A stretch of 64,000 nucleotides of DNA, taken from positions 6,015 to 70,014 of the forward strand of contig CAZKHE010000004.1 in NCBI GenBank assembly GCA_964552535.1. The letters are read 5' to 3'. This stretch comes from an uncultured Enterobacteriaceae bacterium. GTDB lineage: Bacteria > Pseudomonadota > Gammaproteobacteria > Burkholderiales > SG8-39. The notes below the pieces were generated by a model that did no database searches, had not been told where the DNA came from, and saw only the letters and a program-made list of their open reading frames with translations. The translations under genes were made by a program, and so were the position numbers. Below are positions 38,225-47,346 of the stretch, one piece after another (within the stretch, counting starts at the first letter, position 1; every line of letters begins with the position of its first letter).

Positions 38225-38957
38225 GGTACACCTCGCGGGTCTTCGGGTCGGCCACCACCGCGGCGCGCGTGCCTTCGACGATCACGCTGCCGTAGTGCAG
38301 CACGGTGATCTGCTCGGCGAGGTCGAGTGCCGTGTCCATGTCGTGCTCGATCATCACCACCGTCGTCTCGCGCGGAATCCCGCCGACGAGCTGCTTCACG
38401 CTGGCGCGCTCCTCGCGCGAGAGACCGGCGAGCGGCTCGTCCAGCAGGAGGAGCTTGGGCTTCTGCGCCAGCGCCATGGCGATCTCCAGGCGTCGACGGT
38501 CGCCGTACGACACTTCCGACACGGAGCGCTTCGCCAGCGAGCCCAGCCCGACGAGATCGAGCACGCGGCGCGCTTCGTCGTACAGGCTGCCGTAGCGCGA
38601 AAGCGGGCTGAACGCGTTCCAGCGCGTCTTCGACAGCCCGAGCAGCGACAGCGCGATGTTGTGCTCGAGCGAGTCCTTGGGGAACAGCGTGATGATCTGG
38701 TAGGTCCGCGCCAGCCCACGGTGTGCCCGCTGCTGCGGCATCATGCCGCGCACCTCCTCGCCGAAGAGGCGGATGGAGCCGTCGTCGGCCGGGAGGTCGC
38801 CGGTGATGAGATTGAACAGCGTCGTCTTGCCCGCGCCGTTCGGGCCGATGATCAGCCGCCGTTCGCCGGGCATCACTTCGAGCGAGACATTGTTCGTGGC
38901 CGGCAGGCCGCCGAACGACTTGCGCAGCCCGTCGATCTTGAGCGCCGGCGTGGTCAT
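38214..38957 (-). CDS. ABC transporter ATP-binding protein (LivG-type), second system
   Basis: ATG 38957 gives MTTPALKIDGLRKSFGGL. The protein has GPNGAGKTTLFN and LLLDEPLAGLS. Confidence 0.9.
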   Translation of the reverse strand: MTTPALKIDGLRKSFGGLPATNNVSLEVMPGERRLIIGPNGAGKTTLFNLITGDLPADDGSIRLFGEEVRGMMPQQRAHRGLARTYQIITLFPKDSLEHNIALSLLGLSKTRWNAFSPLSRYGSLYDEARRVLDLVGLGSLAKRSVSEVSYGDRRRLEIAMALAQKPKLLLLDEPLAGLSREERASVKQLVGGIPRETTVVMIEHDMDTALDLAEQITVLHYGSVIVEGTRAAVVADPKTREVYLGH

Positions 38958-39889
38958 GCACGGCTCCCGCGAAGCCTCGCCCACGCCCGCTTCAAGCCGG
39001 GCACCAGGCCATCGGGCATGAAGATGACGATGAGCACGAACACCAGACCGAGCAGGAAGTTCCAGCGCTCGACGAACGCGGAGACGTAGTTCTTGAGCAG
39101 CACCACGATCGCCGCGCCGATCACCGGGCCGGCGAGCGTGCCGGAACCGCCCGCGATCACCGCCAGCAGTCCTTCCGCCGAGCTGGTCAGCGAGAGCGCC
39201 GTCGGATGGATGTACTTGTGATAGTAGACGTACAGCAGCCCCGAGACCGCACCCCAGAAGCCCGCGTACACGAACGTCAGCCACCGCACCATGCCCACGT
39301 TGTGCCCGAGCGCCGCCATCCGCCGCGCCTGGTCGCGCGTGCCTCGCAGGCCGGCGCCGAACGGCGAATGCACCAGGCGCGAGATCATCCAGAGCGCGAC
39401 CACGGTCACGACGAGGCAGAAGTAGTAGAACGGGGTGGCGCCGTCCAGGTCGATGCCGAAGGGCTGCGGGCGCGTGAGGCCGGAGAGGCCGTTGTCGCCA
39501 TTGGTGACCGAGACCCAGCGGTACGCGAGTCCCCACAGCACCTGCGAGAGCGCGAGCGTGATCATGAGGAATCCGAGGCCCGTGGCGCGGAGCGCAATGA
39601 CGCCGAACAGGCACGCCATCAGCGTCGTCCCCGCCAGCGCGATCGGCGCGCTCGCCCAGTGCGGCATCGCGAGATTGAGCGAGAGCCAGGCCGACATGTA
39701 CGCGGCGACGCCGAGATACGACGCGTGGCCCAGCGACGAGAGGCCTCCGTAGCCCACGAGCAGGTTCAGTCCCGCGGCGAAGATCGCCGCGATGAAGATC
39801 TGGCTCGTCAGGTTGACGTAGAACTCGCCGGCGAAGAACGGGAATGTCGCGAGCACGACGGCAAGCACGATCCAGCCGAGCGCCTTCAT
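38954..39889 (-). CDS. ABC transporter permease (LivM-type), second system
   Basis: ATG 39889 gives MKALGWIVLAVVLATFPFFAGEFY. It is polytopic with 4-bp overlaps on both sides. The remainder of track ORF 38954..41587 is an artefact. Confidence 0.88.
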   Translation of the reverse strand: MKALGWIVLAVVLATFPFFAGEFYVNLTSQIFIAAIFAAGLNLLVGYGGLSSLGHASYLGVAAYMSAWLSLNLAMPHWASAPIALAGTTLMACLFGVIALRATGLGFLMITLALSQVLWGLAYRWVSVTNGDNGLSGLTRPQPFGIDLDGATPFYYFCLVVTVVALWMISRLVHSPFGAGLRGTRDQARRMAALGHNVGMVRWLTFVYAGFWGAVSGLLYVYYHKYIHPTALSLTSSAEGLLAVIAGGSGTLAGPVIGAAIVVLLKNYVSAFVERWNFLLGLVFVLIVIFMPDGLVPGLKRAWARLRGSRA

Positions 39890-40746
39890 GCCGTCATTCG
39901 TCCGAACAGCCCGCGCGGCCGGAACGCGATCACGAAGATCATCGGCAGGAACAGGATCACGTAGGCGAGGTCCGGCATCAGCGCGATGCCGAAGGTGTAG
40001 ATGAAGCCGATGATGAAGCTCCCGACGAACGCGCCGACCAGGCTCCCGACGCCCCCGAGGATGACCACGATCAGCGCGAGCGGCAGCATCTCGCCGTCCA
40101 GGCCCGGGTAGGCCGAGAGGATCGGGCCGCCGATGATGCCGCCGGCGCCGGCGAGCGCCGCGCCCAGGCAGAACACGATGGTGAAGAGCTTCGACACCGG
40201 GATGCCGACCGCTCGGGCCATCTGCATGTCGTCCACCCCGGCCCGGATCATCGCCCCGAGGCGGGTGCGCTCCATCAGCAGGTAGAGGCCGATTGCGGCG
40301 ACGATGGCGATGATGACCACCACCAGCCGGTAGGTCGGAAACGACACGCCGCCGATGACGAGCGGCTTGCGCAGCTCGGGCGGCGTCGGCACCGGAATGG
40401 GATCGCCGCCCCAGATGATGAGGCACAGGTCGGCGATCATGAAGGCGACGCCCAGCGTGACCAGCACCTGGCCCAGCGAGTTGCCGGAGAGCTTGCGCAG
40501 GATGAAGCGCTCCAGCAGCCCGCCGAACGCGGCGACGGCGAGGCCGCCGAGCAGCGCGGCCACCCACAGGTTCGGGATCACCTTGAGGATCGACACCCCG
40601 ACGTAGGCGCCCAGCATGAACAGGGCGCCGTGCGTCAGGTTGGCGATCCGCATCAGCCCGAAGATGAGCGAGAAGCCCGAGGACAGCAGGAACAGCAGCC
40701 CGCCGAGGGCGAGGCTGTTCAGCGTCTGGATGATCCAGAACTGCAT
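39886..40746 (-). CDS. ABC transporter permease (LivH-type), second system
   Basis: 286 aa beginning MQFWIIQTLNSLALGGLLFLLSSGFSLIFG. Confidence 0.9.
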   Translation of the reverse strand: MQFWIIQTLNSLALGGLLFLLSSGFSLIFGLMRIANLTHGALFMLGAYVGVSILKVIPNLWVAALLGGLAVAAFGGLLERFILRKLSGNSLGQVLVTLGVAFMIADLCLIIWGGDPIPVPTPPELRKPLVIGGVSFPTYRLVVVIIAIVAAIGLYLLMERTRLGAMIRAGVDDMQMARAVGIPVSKLFTIVFCLGAALAGAGGIIGGPILSAYPGLDGEMLPLALIVVILGGVGSLVGAFVGSFIIGFIYTFGIALMPDLAYVILFLPMIFVIAFRPRGLFGRMTA

Positions 40747-40761
40747 GCGGCCGCGCTTCGC

Positions 40762-42018
40762 TTACGACTCGAGGTTCTTCGCCGGCGGGTAGTCGCGCGA
40801 GTACACCGGGTTGGCGAGGAAGGCCTTCGGATCGTAGGTCCAGAACTGGCTGACGCCGGGGTAGGTGTAGATCACCGAGTTCACCAGGCGCCCTTCCTTG
40901 CGCTCGACGCGGCGGATGTACACGCTGCCCACCACGTTCCCGTACTCGTCGAACGAGACCGGTCCGCGAGCGGTGAGCGCCTTGGTGCCGCGCAGCGCCT
41001 TCATGAACGCCTGCTTGTCCTCGACCTTGCCCTTCACCTCGTTGAGCGCCGATTCCAGCACCGCGCCGTTGGTGTAGGTGGCCGCCGCGTAGAACCCCGG
41101 GTCGTACTTGAACTCCTTGCGGAAGGCCGGCGCGAACTGGCGATTCACGGGATTCTCCAGCTCGGCGGAGTACCAGCACGCGGTCAGGATGCCGAGCGCC
41201 TCGTCGCCCATGTTGCGGAGCACCGCCTCGTCGAGCGCGGTCATGCCGCCCACCGGCGTCACCTTGCCCATCAGCCCGTACTCGTTGAACTGCCGCAGGT
41301 ACCGGAAGCCGTTGGAGCCCGCGAAGCCGAGGAAGATGCCGTCCACGTTCGTCTTGAGCTGCGCGAGGAAGGTGCCGTAATCCGGCACCGTGAGCGGCGG
41401 GAAGAACTTCTGCACCACCTTGCCGCCGTTCTCCTCGAACACGCGCTGGAAGCCGGCGAGCATCTCGTGGCCGTAGGCGATGTCGTCGGCGATCAGCGCC
41501 ATCCGCTTCCACTTCAGGGTCTTCGCGCAGTAGTCGGCCATCGGGTGCGCGCACTGCGACGAGGTCGAGGTCGCGCGTGCGAACCACGGGTTCGGCTTGC
41601 GCTGCGTCATGTCCTCGGCGGCGGCGACCGACAGTGTCGGAATCGCCTGCTGGCGGATGTAGTCGTCGATGGCGAGCGCCTCGAACGCGGCGAGCGGCCC
41701 GATGAGCACGTGGACGCGGTTCTTCTCGACCAGTTCCTGCGTCTTGGTGCGTGCCGTCGCCGGCACGCCGCCCGTGTCGGCGACGATCATCTCCACCTTC
41801 CGGCCAGCGAGCATGTTGTTCCGCTCCCGGAGGTACATCATGAGGCCGCGCTCCATGTCGATGCCGCCCGAGGCGAGCGGACCGGTCTTCACGGTGAGCA
41901 GACCGATGCGGATCGGCTCGCCTCCCTGGGAGAAGGCAAGCGGCGCGTGCGCGCCCGCGGCAGCGGCGAGGCCGGCGCCGGCGGCGCCCTTCAGGAACGT
42001 CCTGCGGTCGATGGTCAT
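40762..42018 (-). CDS. ABC transporter substrate-binding protein (LivK-like) with twin-arginine-type signal
   Basis: 418 aa with MTIDRRTFLKGAAGAGLAAAAGAHA followed by IRIGLLTVKTGPLASGG. Confidence 0.88.
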   Translation of the reverse strand: MTIDRRTFLKGAAGAGLAAAAGAHAPLAFSQGGEPIRIGLLTVKTGPLASGGIDMERGLMMYLRERNNMLAGRKVEMIVADTGGVPATARTKTQELVEKNRVHVLIGPLAAFEALAIDDYIRQQAIPTLSVAAAEDMTQRKPNPWFARATSTSSQCAHPMADYCAKTLKWKRMALIADDIAYGHEMLAGFQRVFEENGGKVVQKFFPPLTVPDYGTFLAQLKTNVDGIFLGFAGSNGFRYLRQFNEYGLMGKVTPVGGMTALDEAVLRNMGDEALGILTACWYSAELENPVNRQFAPAFRKEFKYDPGFYAAATYTNGAVLESALNEVKGKVEDKQAFMKALRGTKALTARGPVSFDEYGNVVGSVYIRRVERKEGRLVNSVIYTYPGVSQFWTYDPKAFLANPVYSRDYPPAKNLES

Positions 42019-42049
42019 GTGCTTCTCCTCCTTTGGGATGAATGGCGCG

Positions 42050-42805
42050 TCAGGCGTGCGCGGCGTCCCGGGCGGGCGCCGTCTTCTGTCCTGCCGCTTG
42101 CGCGAGCTTCTCGGTGAACTGCCGATTGTCCACGACCCAGCCGAGGCAGCGCGCGACGTTCTGCAGCCCGAGCACGTGGAGGTCCGGGCCGTACATGCTG
42201 GCGACGCAGTCGGAGAGCACGACGACCCGGTAGTTGTAGTTGAACGCGGTGAACGAGGTGTTCAGCACGCAGGTATTGGTGTTGATGCCCATCAGGCAGA
42301 CGGTCTTCACGCCCAGCACGTCGAGCAGGTTCTTGAGGTCGGTGCCGTGGAAGCAGTCCAGCCGCTTCTTGTTGTCGATGACGTAGTCATCCGGCGCGCG
42401 GAGCTCCGGGATGATCTCGGTGCCAGGGGAGCCCTCGAGATTGTGGTTGTTGCAGGTGCTGCGCCGTCCGGGCGTGAGGCGGTTCTCCTCGGTGGTGAGA
42501 TCGTGCAGGGCGCGCCAGTAGGGCTGCGCCATGCCCTCGCTCCCCAGTCCGGGGATGTCGCGGTACACCAGGATGACGTGGATCACCGGGATGCCGTGGC
42601 GACGGGCGAGGCCCAGCACTTCCCGCGCATTGCCGATCACCCGCCGGGCATCGTCCGGCGCGGTCGGCATCGTGGCGACGTCCATGTCGAGGTGGCCGCG
42701 GTGCATGTCGATGGTGACGATCGCCGTCTCCGATGGATCGATCACGAGGCCGTCGTAGAGCTTCTCCAGCATGGAGGAGCGGTCGAGGATCTGCACGCTC
42801 TGCAT
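42050..42805 (-). CDS. isochorismatase-family cysteine hydrolase (amidase-like)
   Basis: ATG 42805 has the RBS GAGGAGG. The protein has TAIVTIDMH, KKRLDCFHGTDL and the catalytic-Cys block LMGINTNTCVLNT. The rest of track ORF 42050..43867 is an artefact. Confidence 0.85.
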   Translation of the reverse strand: MQSVQILDRSSMLEKLYDGLVIDPSETAIVTIDMHRGHLDMDVATMPTAPDDARRVIGNAREVLGLARRHGIPVIHVILVYRDIPGLGSEGMAQPYWRALHDLTTEENRLTPGRRSTCNNHNLEGSPGTEIIPELRAPDDYVIDNKKRLDCFHGTDLKNLLDVLGVKTVCLMGINTNTCVLNTSFTAFNYNYRVVVLSDCVASMYGPDLHVLGLQNVARCLGWVVDNRQFTEKLAQAAGQKTAPARDAAHA

Positions 42806-42816
42806 CGGTTGCCTCC

Positions 42817-43812
42817 TCAGGGGACGTTGGCGATGTCGATGACGATGTTGCCGACGGTGCGGCCGGACTCCTGCGCTTCGTGCGCGGCGGCCACGTCGTC
42901 GAGTGCGAAGCGTGCCCCGACGCGCGGCCGCAGGGCGCCGGCGCGGAGCATCGCGTCGATGTCGGTCAGCGCGCGTTCGCGCGCCGCCGCCGGCATGATG
43001 TACACGAACACGAGCTCGATGCGCACGCCGCGCATCATCAGGGGATAGAAGGGCAGAACCGGCGTCGGCGCGCCCATCGACGCGTACGCCGCGAGCACGC
43101 CGTTGGGCTTCAGCACGGCCGTGGAGACCGCGAGATTGGCGCCGAAGTCCACTTCCACGATTCGGTCGACCCCCGCGCCGCCGGTCAGCGCCATGATGCG
43201 CGCGGCAACGTCCTCGCTCCGGTAGTCGACGACCGCCTCCGCCCCGGCTTCGCCCGCGAGCGCGCCCTTGTCGGCGCCGCTCACCGTCGCGATCACCCGC
43301 GCCCCGCCCCACTTCGCCATCTGGATCGCGCACTGCCCGACCGCGCCGGCGCCGCCGGTCACGAGTATCGTCTGGCCGCGCACGCCCCCGCCGGAGAACA
43401 CCGCCTGGTGCGCGGTCATGGCCGGGATGCCGAGGCAGGCGCCCGCGGGGTAATCGACTTCCCCGGGCAGCGGCGCGACGAGCGCCTGCGGCAGGCAGCA
43501 GAACTCCGCGCACGTCCCGGCATTCCGCTGCCATTGGGCGTTCCAGACCCACACGCGGTCGCCCGTGCGCACGCCCGTCACGCCCGCCCCGATCGCATCG
43601 ACCACGCCCGCACCGTCGCTGTTCGGGATGATGGTTTCGCCGTGGGTGCGCTGCCCCCCGAAACCGGCGCGCCGCTTCACGTCCGAGGGATTGAGTCCCG
43701 ACGTGGCCATGCGCACCCGTACTTCGCCGGGCCCCGGCGCCGGATCGGCGACCGTCGCGACGCGAAGCACCTCGCGCGCCGGTCCGTTGGAGTCGTAGCA
43801 GGCGGCGCGCAT
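42817..43812 (-). CDS. NADPH:quinone reductase / MDR-family oxidoreductase
   Basis: ATG 43812 gives MRAACYDSNGPAREVL. The protein has GEVRVRMATSGLNPSD and VTGGAGAVGQCAIQMAK. Confidence 0.85.
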   Translation of the reverse strand: MRAACYDSNGPAREVLRVATVADPAPGPGEVRVRMATSGLNPSDVKRRAGFGGQRTHGETIIPNSDGAGVVDAIGAGVTGVRTGDRVWVWNAQWQRNAGTCAEFCCLPQALVAPLPGEVDYPAGACLGIPAMTAHQAVFSGGGVRGQTILVTGGAGAVGQCAIQMAKWGGARVIATVSGADKGALAGEAGAEAVVDYRSEDVAARIMALTGGAGVDRIVEVDFGANLAVSTAVLKPNGVLAAYASMGAPTPVLPFYPLMMRGVRIELVFVYIMPAAARERALTDIDAMLRAGALRPRVGARFALDDVAAAHEAQESGRTVGNIVIDIANVP

Positions 43813-43820
43813 GGGCCCGT

Positions 43821-44654
43821 TCAGCGTTCCTGCGCGTGGTGGCGCTCGAGCCAGCGCACCACGGCATCCGTCACCGCGTCCTCGCGGCCCGTGTAGAAGT
43901 GATTGCAGCGAGCGACGATCTCCACCGTCACCGGCCCGGGTGCGCGGGCGGCGAAGCTGCGGGCCGGATAGAGGTCCTCCGGCTCCTCGTCGCCGCACAG
44001 GTACAGCGTCGGGCAGGCGATGCGCGGCGCGAGCGCGAGGACGTCGGGGAGGTTCGTCTGCAGGTCGATGAAGCTCTCCGCGCTCACCACGTACCACCAG
44101 CCGGGGAGCAGGATCAGCTCGCGGCCGCGTCCTGCAGCGATCAGGTCGCGCGCCTGCGCAGTGAGCGCTTCGAGCCGATCACCGCCGAGGAGACCGCGCC
44201 TGCTGGCCAGCGGCACCATGTCGCGGCCGCCGCAATGCGCCGACAGCAGCGCCAGTGCCGGCGTGTGCGGGTGGTCGACGACGTGCTGCACGGCCAGCAT
44301 GCCGCCATTGGAGTGCCCGATCACCACCGGACGCTCGAAGCCGCGGTCCGCCAGCCAGCGCGCCGCGCAGGCATTGTCCTCGATCGCCTCGTGCGCGAGC
44401 TGGAACGCCGCGCCCTCGGCGGCGCGGCTGTCGCGGATGCCGAGGATGTCGCGTCCGCGCCGGTTGAACGCCAGGCACGCATAGCCGAGCCGCGTGAGCG
44501 CCGGGGGCAGGAAGCGCAGCGCCCCGGTATAGAAGTTCATGGTGTTGCCGTGGAACAGCAGCACCGCGCCGCGCGTCGCGCCGTCGTCGGGCTCGTGCAG
44601 CGCGCCGTCGAGGGGACGCGTCGGCGTGGGGATGCTGACGAGCTCGGTGCGCAC
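43821..44654 (-). CDS. alpha/beta hydrolase
   Basis: The likely GTG 44654 lies 11 nt after the GST stop. It has LLFHGN (oxyanion region) and the nucleophile elbow VIGHSNGGM. The start is uncertain. Confidence 0.78.
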   Translation of the reverse strand: MRTELVSIPTPTRPLDGALHEPDDGATRGAVLLFHGNTMNFYTGALRFLPPALTRLGYACLAFNRRGRDILGIRDSRAAEGAAFQLAHEAIEDNACAARWLADRGFERPVVIGHSNGGMLAVQHVVDHPHTPALALLSAHCGGRDMVPLASRRGLLGGDRLEALTAQARDLIAAGRGRELILLPGWWYVVSAESFIDLQTNLPDVLALAPRIACPTLYLCGDEEPEDLYPARSFAARAPGPVTVEIVARCNHFYTGREDAVTDAVVRWLERHHAQER

Positions 44655-44665
44655 GCGGCCGGGGT

Positions 44666-45325
44666 TCAGTGCGCGAGTCCGGCCGGCGCACCGGGCTGGC
44701 GCCCGGGATGCGCGGCGGCGAACGCGTCGACCTTCATGCATTCCTCGACGACGCGCTTCAGCGTCGGGTACGGCGTCATGTCGCACTGGAAGTACGCCGT
44801 TGCGCCGACCCAGTGCGACGCGAGGCAGATGTCGGCGAGCGTGACGCTGTCGCCGCAGGCGAAGCGGCCCGTGTACCCGTCCTGCACCAGATGCTGCTCG
44901 ATGGAGGCCGAGCCTTCGTTGAACCACCGCTGACCCCAGCGGGTGATGCCGGCGTCGTCCTGCTTGTACTCGGTGGCGAGGAACTTCCGCAGCCGCGGCA
45001 CGATCAGCGGATGGGTGTCCGCCGTGTGGATCAGCGCGATGCCCCGCACCCACGCGCGCTGCGCGGCCTCATTCGGCAGCAGGGGCGGCGTCGGAAAGCG
45101 CTCGTCGAGGTACTCGCAGATCGCCAGCGACTCGAACAGCGCCGGCCCGCTCCCGGTGTCCAGCGCGGGTACGAGGCTCTGCGGATTCACCTTGCGGTAG
45201 GCCGCCTCGAACTGCTTGCCGGTGAGGATGTCGATCGACACCTCCTCGTAGGCGACGTTCTTGAGCTTCAGCGCGATGCGGACGCGATAGGCGGCGAGCG
45301 AGCGCCAGAATCCGTAGAGCTTCAT
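44666..45325 (-). CDS. maiA: zeta-class glutathione S-transferase / maleylacetoacetate (maleylpyruvate) isomerase-like
   Basis: 219 aa with MKLYGFWRSLAAYRVRIALKLKN, NPQSLVPAL and FESLAICEYLDERFP. The gene symbol is tentative. Confidence 0.8.
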   Translation of the reverse strand: MKLYGFWRSLAAYRVRIALKLKNVAYEEVSIDILTGKQFEAAYRKVNPQSLVPALDTGSGPALFESLAICEYLDERFPTPPLLPNEAAQRAWVRGIALIHTADTHPLIVPRLRKFLATEYKQDDAGITRWGQRWFNEGSASIEQHLVQDGYTGRFACGDSVTLADICLASHWVGATAYFQCDMTPYPTLKRVVEECMKVDAFAAAHPGRQPGAPAGLAH

Positions 45326-45333
45326 GGGACCCC

Positions 45334-47076
45334 CTACTTGGCGGGAATGGTGGGCAGGAGCACGTAGGGCGCCTTGTCGGGCGCGAAGTGCAGCGTGTTG
45401 CGCCCGCCGAAGATGGCCTTGGGGCGGTCGCGGGGGTCATCGTGCAGGAACGGACCGCAGCCGCGCAACTCGTTCTTGAAGTTGGACAGCTTCGCGCCGG
45501 TGGAGCTCTGCCACTCGTAGTCGCGCCCGCGCACCGTGAGCGCCACGCGATACCCCTTGGGCACCACGATCGAGGTGGGCCACAGCTCCACGTCCAGTTC
45601 CACCGGTTGCCCCGGGGTCAGCGGCTGCTTCTGGTCGTGGGTGTGATAGGGCCGCCAGGGCGTGGACAGCTTGGGATCGAGCTTGCGGTGCGAGGCGCGC
45701 AGCCAGCCCTGGGCGATGGGCGTGTGCGGGTCGATCGCGCCGACGAAGGTCACCTCGCGCAGGTCCGGGGTGAACACCCGGAAGACCAGGAACAGGTCCG
45801 CGTCGGTGGTGGAGGAGGATACCCACAGCTTTGCAGCGAGGGGCCCGGTGATCTCGGTATCCTGCTCCATCGCCGGGGACAGGAACGTGACCCCGTCGCC
45901 CAGCGCCTCGTACTCGATCGCCGCGGACTGCGTGGGCGCCACGCGGTCGAGCGTCTGGTCGGCCGGCTGCAGGAACATCTTCGTCCACTGCGTGCGCGCC
46001 AGCGGCCACTCGTTCTCGGCGCGCTCGACGAACTTGTCCAGGTGGCGTACCTGCAGCAGCACGCGCGGCTGCTGGTCCCAGTCGCCGCGCTCGCCTTTGA
46101 GGAAGTGGGCGAAGAAGCGCTTCTGCAGGCGCACGCCGTAGTCGGTGTAGAAGTGCGTCCAGTGCTCCAGGCCGTGGGCCTCGAGCCACTTGTCCTTGGC
46201 GGCGGCGCGGTAGAAGCCCTCGAAGTTGCCGCGCGGGTGCAGCCCCTGACCGCCCCAGTTCGCCGCCGACAGGAACGGCACCGTCACCTTCTCCCAGATC
46301 GGCGACCGGGCCTTGTGATAGTCGTCGTCGAGCGGGTGCGCGAGGATCGTGTCCCCGAAGTCGCAACGGTTGCGCTGCAGCGCCGCGTCGGAGAGCGTCT
46401 CGTCGCCGCACACCAGGTCGCCGGTGACGCGGCTCTTCGGGCCCCGCTCGCCCAGACCGTACTGCACGGTCTTCACCTGCATGTCGTACCAGTTGGCCCA
46501 GAACGTGGACAGGATCCCGCCGTGATGCGTCATGTCGCGGTACCAGTCCGCGGCGCCTTCCCAGATGCACATGGCGGCGAGATGCGGCGGCTGCAGCGAG
46601 GCGACGTGCCACTGATTGATGCCGTAGTACGAGATGCCGTTCAGGCCCACCTTGCCGTTGGACCAGGGCTGCACGCCGGCCCACTCGATGCACTGGTAGA
46701 AGTCCTGTGTCTCGCGCGGAGAGAAGTGATCGATGAAGCCCGGCGAGCGTCCGGCGCCGCGCGAATCGACGCGCACGCAGACGTAGCCGTCGGGCACCCA
46801 CTTCTCCGGATCGACGACTTCCCAGCTCTGGTACTTGTTGGTGGAGCCGTACGCGACGTCCGGATGCTCCATGATCATGCGGTTCCAGGCGCTCGGATAG
46901 CCCTCCTGGAACGCGAGCCCCTTGGCGTAGGGGCCGTAGGTGAGGATCACCGGGTACTTGCCCTCGGCGACCGGGCGGAAGACGTCGGCGCGCAGGACGA
47001 GCCCGTCGTCCATGGTGATCGCGACGTCCCAGTCGATGCGCATCCCGTCGCGCACCTCGCTCTTGGTGTCGGGCAT
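45334..47076 (-). CDS. CocE/NonD-family serine hydrolase (X-Pro dipeptidyl-peptidase S15 fold), paralog 1
   Basis: 580 aa with YPVILTYGPYAKG, the nucleophile motif GLNGISYYG and the C-terminal beta-jelly-roll domain. It is colinear with paralog 2 at 50390-52132. Confidence 0.88.
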   Translation of the reverse strand: MPDTKSEVRDGMRIDWDVAITMDDGLVLRADVFRPVAEGKYPVILTYGPYAKGLAFQEGYPSAWNRMIMEHPDVAYGSTNKYQSWEVVDPEKWVPDGYVCVRVDSRGAGRSPGFIDHFSPRETQDFYQCIEWAGVQPWSNGKVGLNGISYYGINQWHVASLQPPHLAAMCIWEGAADWYRDMTHHGGILSTFWANWYDMQVKTVQYGLGERGPKSRVTGDLVCGDETLSDAALQRNRCDFGDTILAHPLDDDYHKARSPIWEKVTVPFLSAANWGGQGLHPRGNFEGFYRAAAKDKWLEAHGLEHWTHFYTDYGVRLQKRFFAHFLKGERGDWDQQPRVLLQVRHLDKFVERAENEWPLARTQWTKMFLQPADQTLDRVAPTQSAAIEYEALGDGVTFLSPAMEQDTEITGPLAAKLWVSSSTTDADLFLVFRVFTPDLREVTFVGAIDPHTPIAQGWLRASHRKLDPKLSTPWRPYHTHDQKQPLTPGQPVELDVELWPTSIVVPKGYRVALTVRGRDYEWQSSTGAKLSNFKNELRGCGPFLHDDPRDRPKAIFGGRNTLHFAPDKAPYVLLPTIPAK

Positions 47077-47136
47077 GAATCGCCTCCTCCGCGTTGACGC
47101 CCCTGTTTATCGTTTGCTGATTTCGGGCGGACTGAA

Positions 47137-47212
47137 AGTCTAGAAGTCGTGCGCGCGGCGGGGCCAATACAATTTCGGTATGGGGGGCATAGCGCGCCGT
47201 GTCCTTGTTGAC
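47137..47212. promoter_or_regulatory. conserved control region, copy 1 (AAAGTCTAGAAG.., GGGCCAATACAATTTCGGTATG, CATAGCGCGCC, CTTGTTGAC) with ATAC-N7-GTAT box at 47167-47181
   Basis: Block-wise identical to 52217-52294, upstream of the second CocE paralog. It lies in the divergent spacer between CocE-1 and dctM. The ATAC-N7-GTAT pattern fits the LysR-type T-N11-A consensus. Confidence 0.6.
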
Positions 47213-47346
47213 CTCTCCAGCGGCCGCTACAGTCGCATGCGGCGGCGCATTTCGCTCGCGCGGCGCGCGCCGCGGCACCGACCCGGCGCCGTCGCGCTCG
47301 CGACGGCGCTCAACAACGAGACAAAGCGCGCGCCAGGAGGAGTGGC

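Noticed and set aside
47204-47240. A sigma-70 promoter for dctM, formed by TTGACC (47207-47212) and TACAGT.
   Set aside because: The spacer between the two hexamers is only 14 nt by my count, outside the usual 16-18 nt range. I therefore do not annotate it as a promoter.
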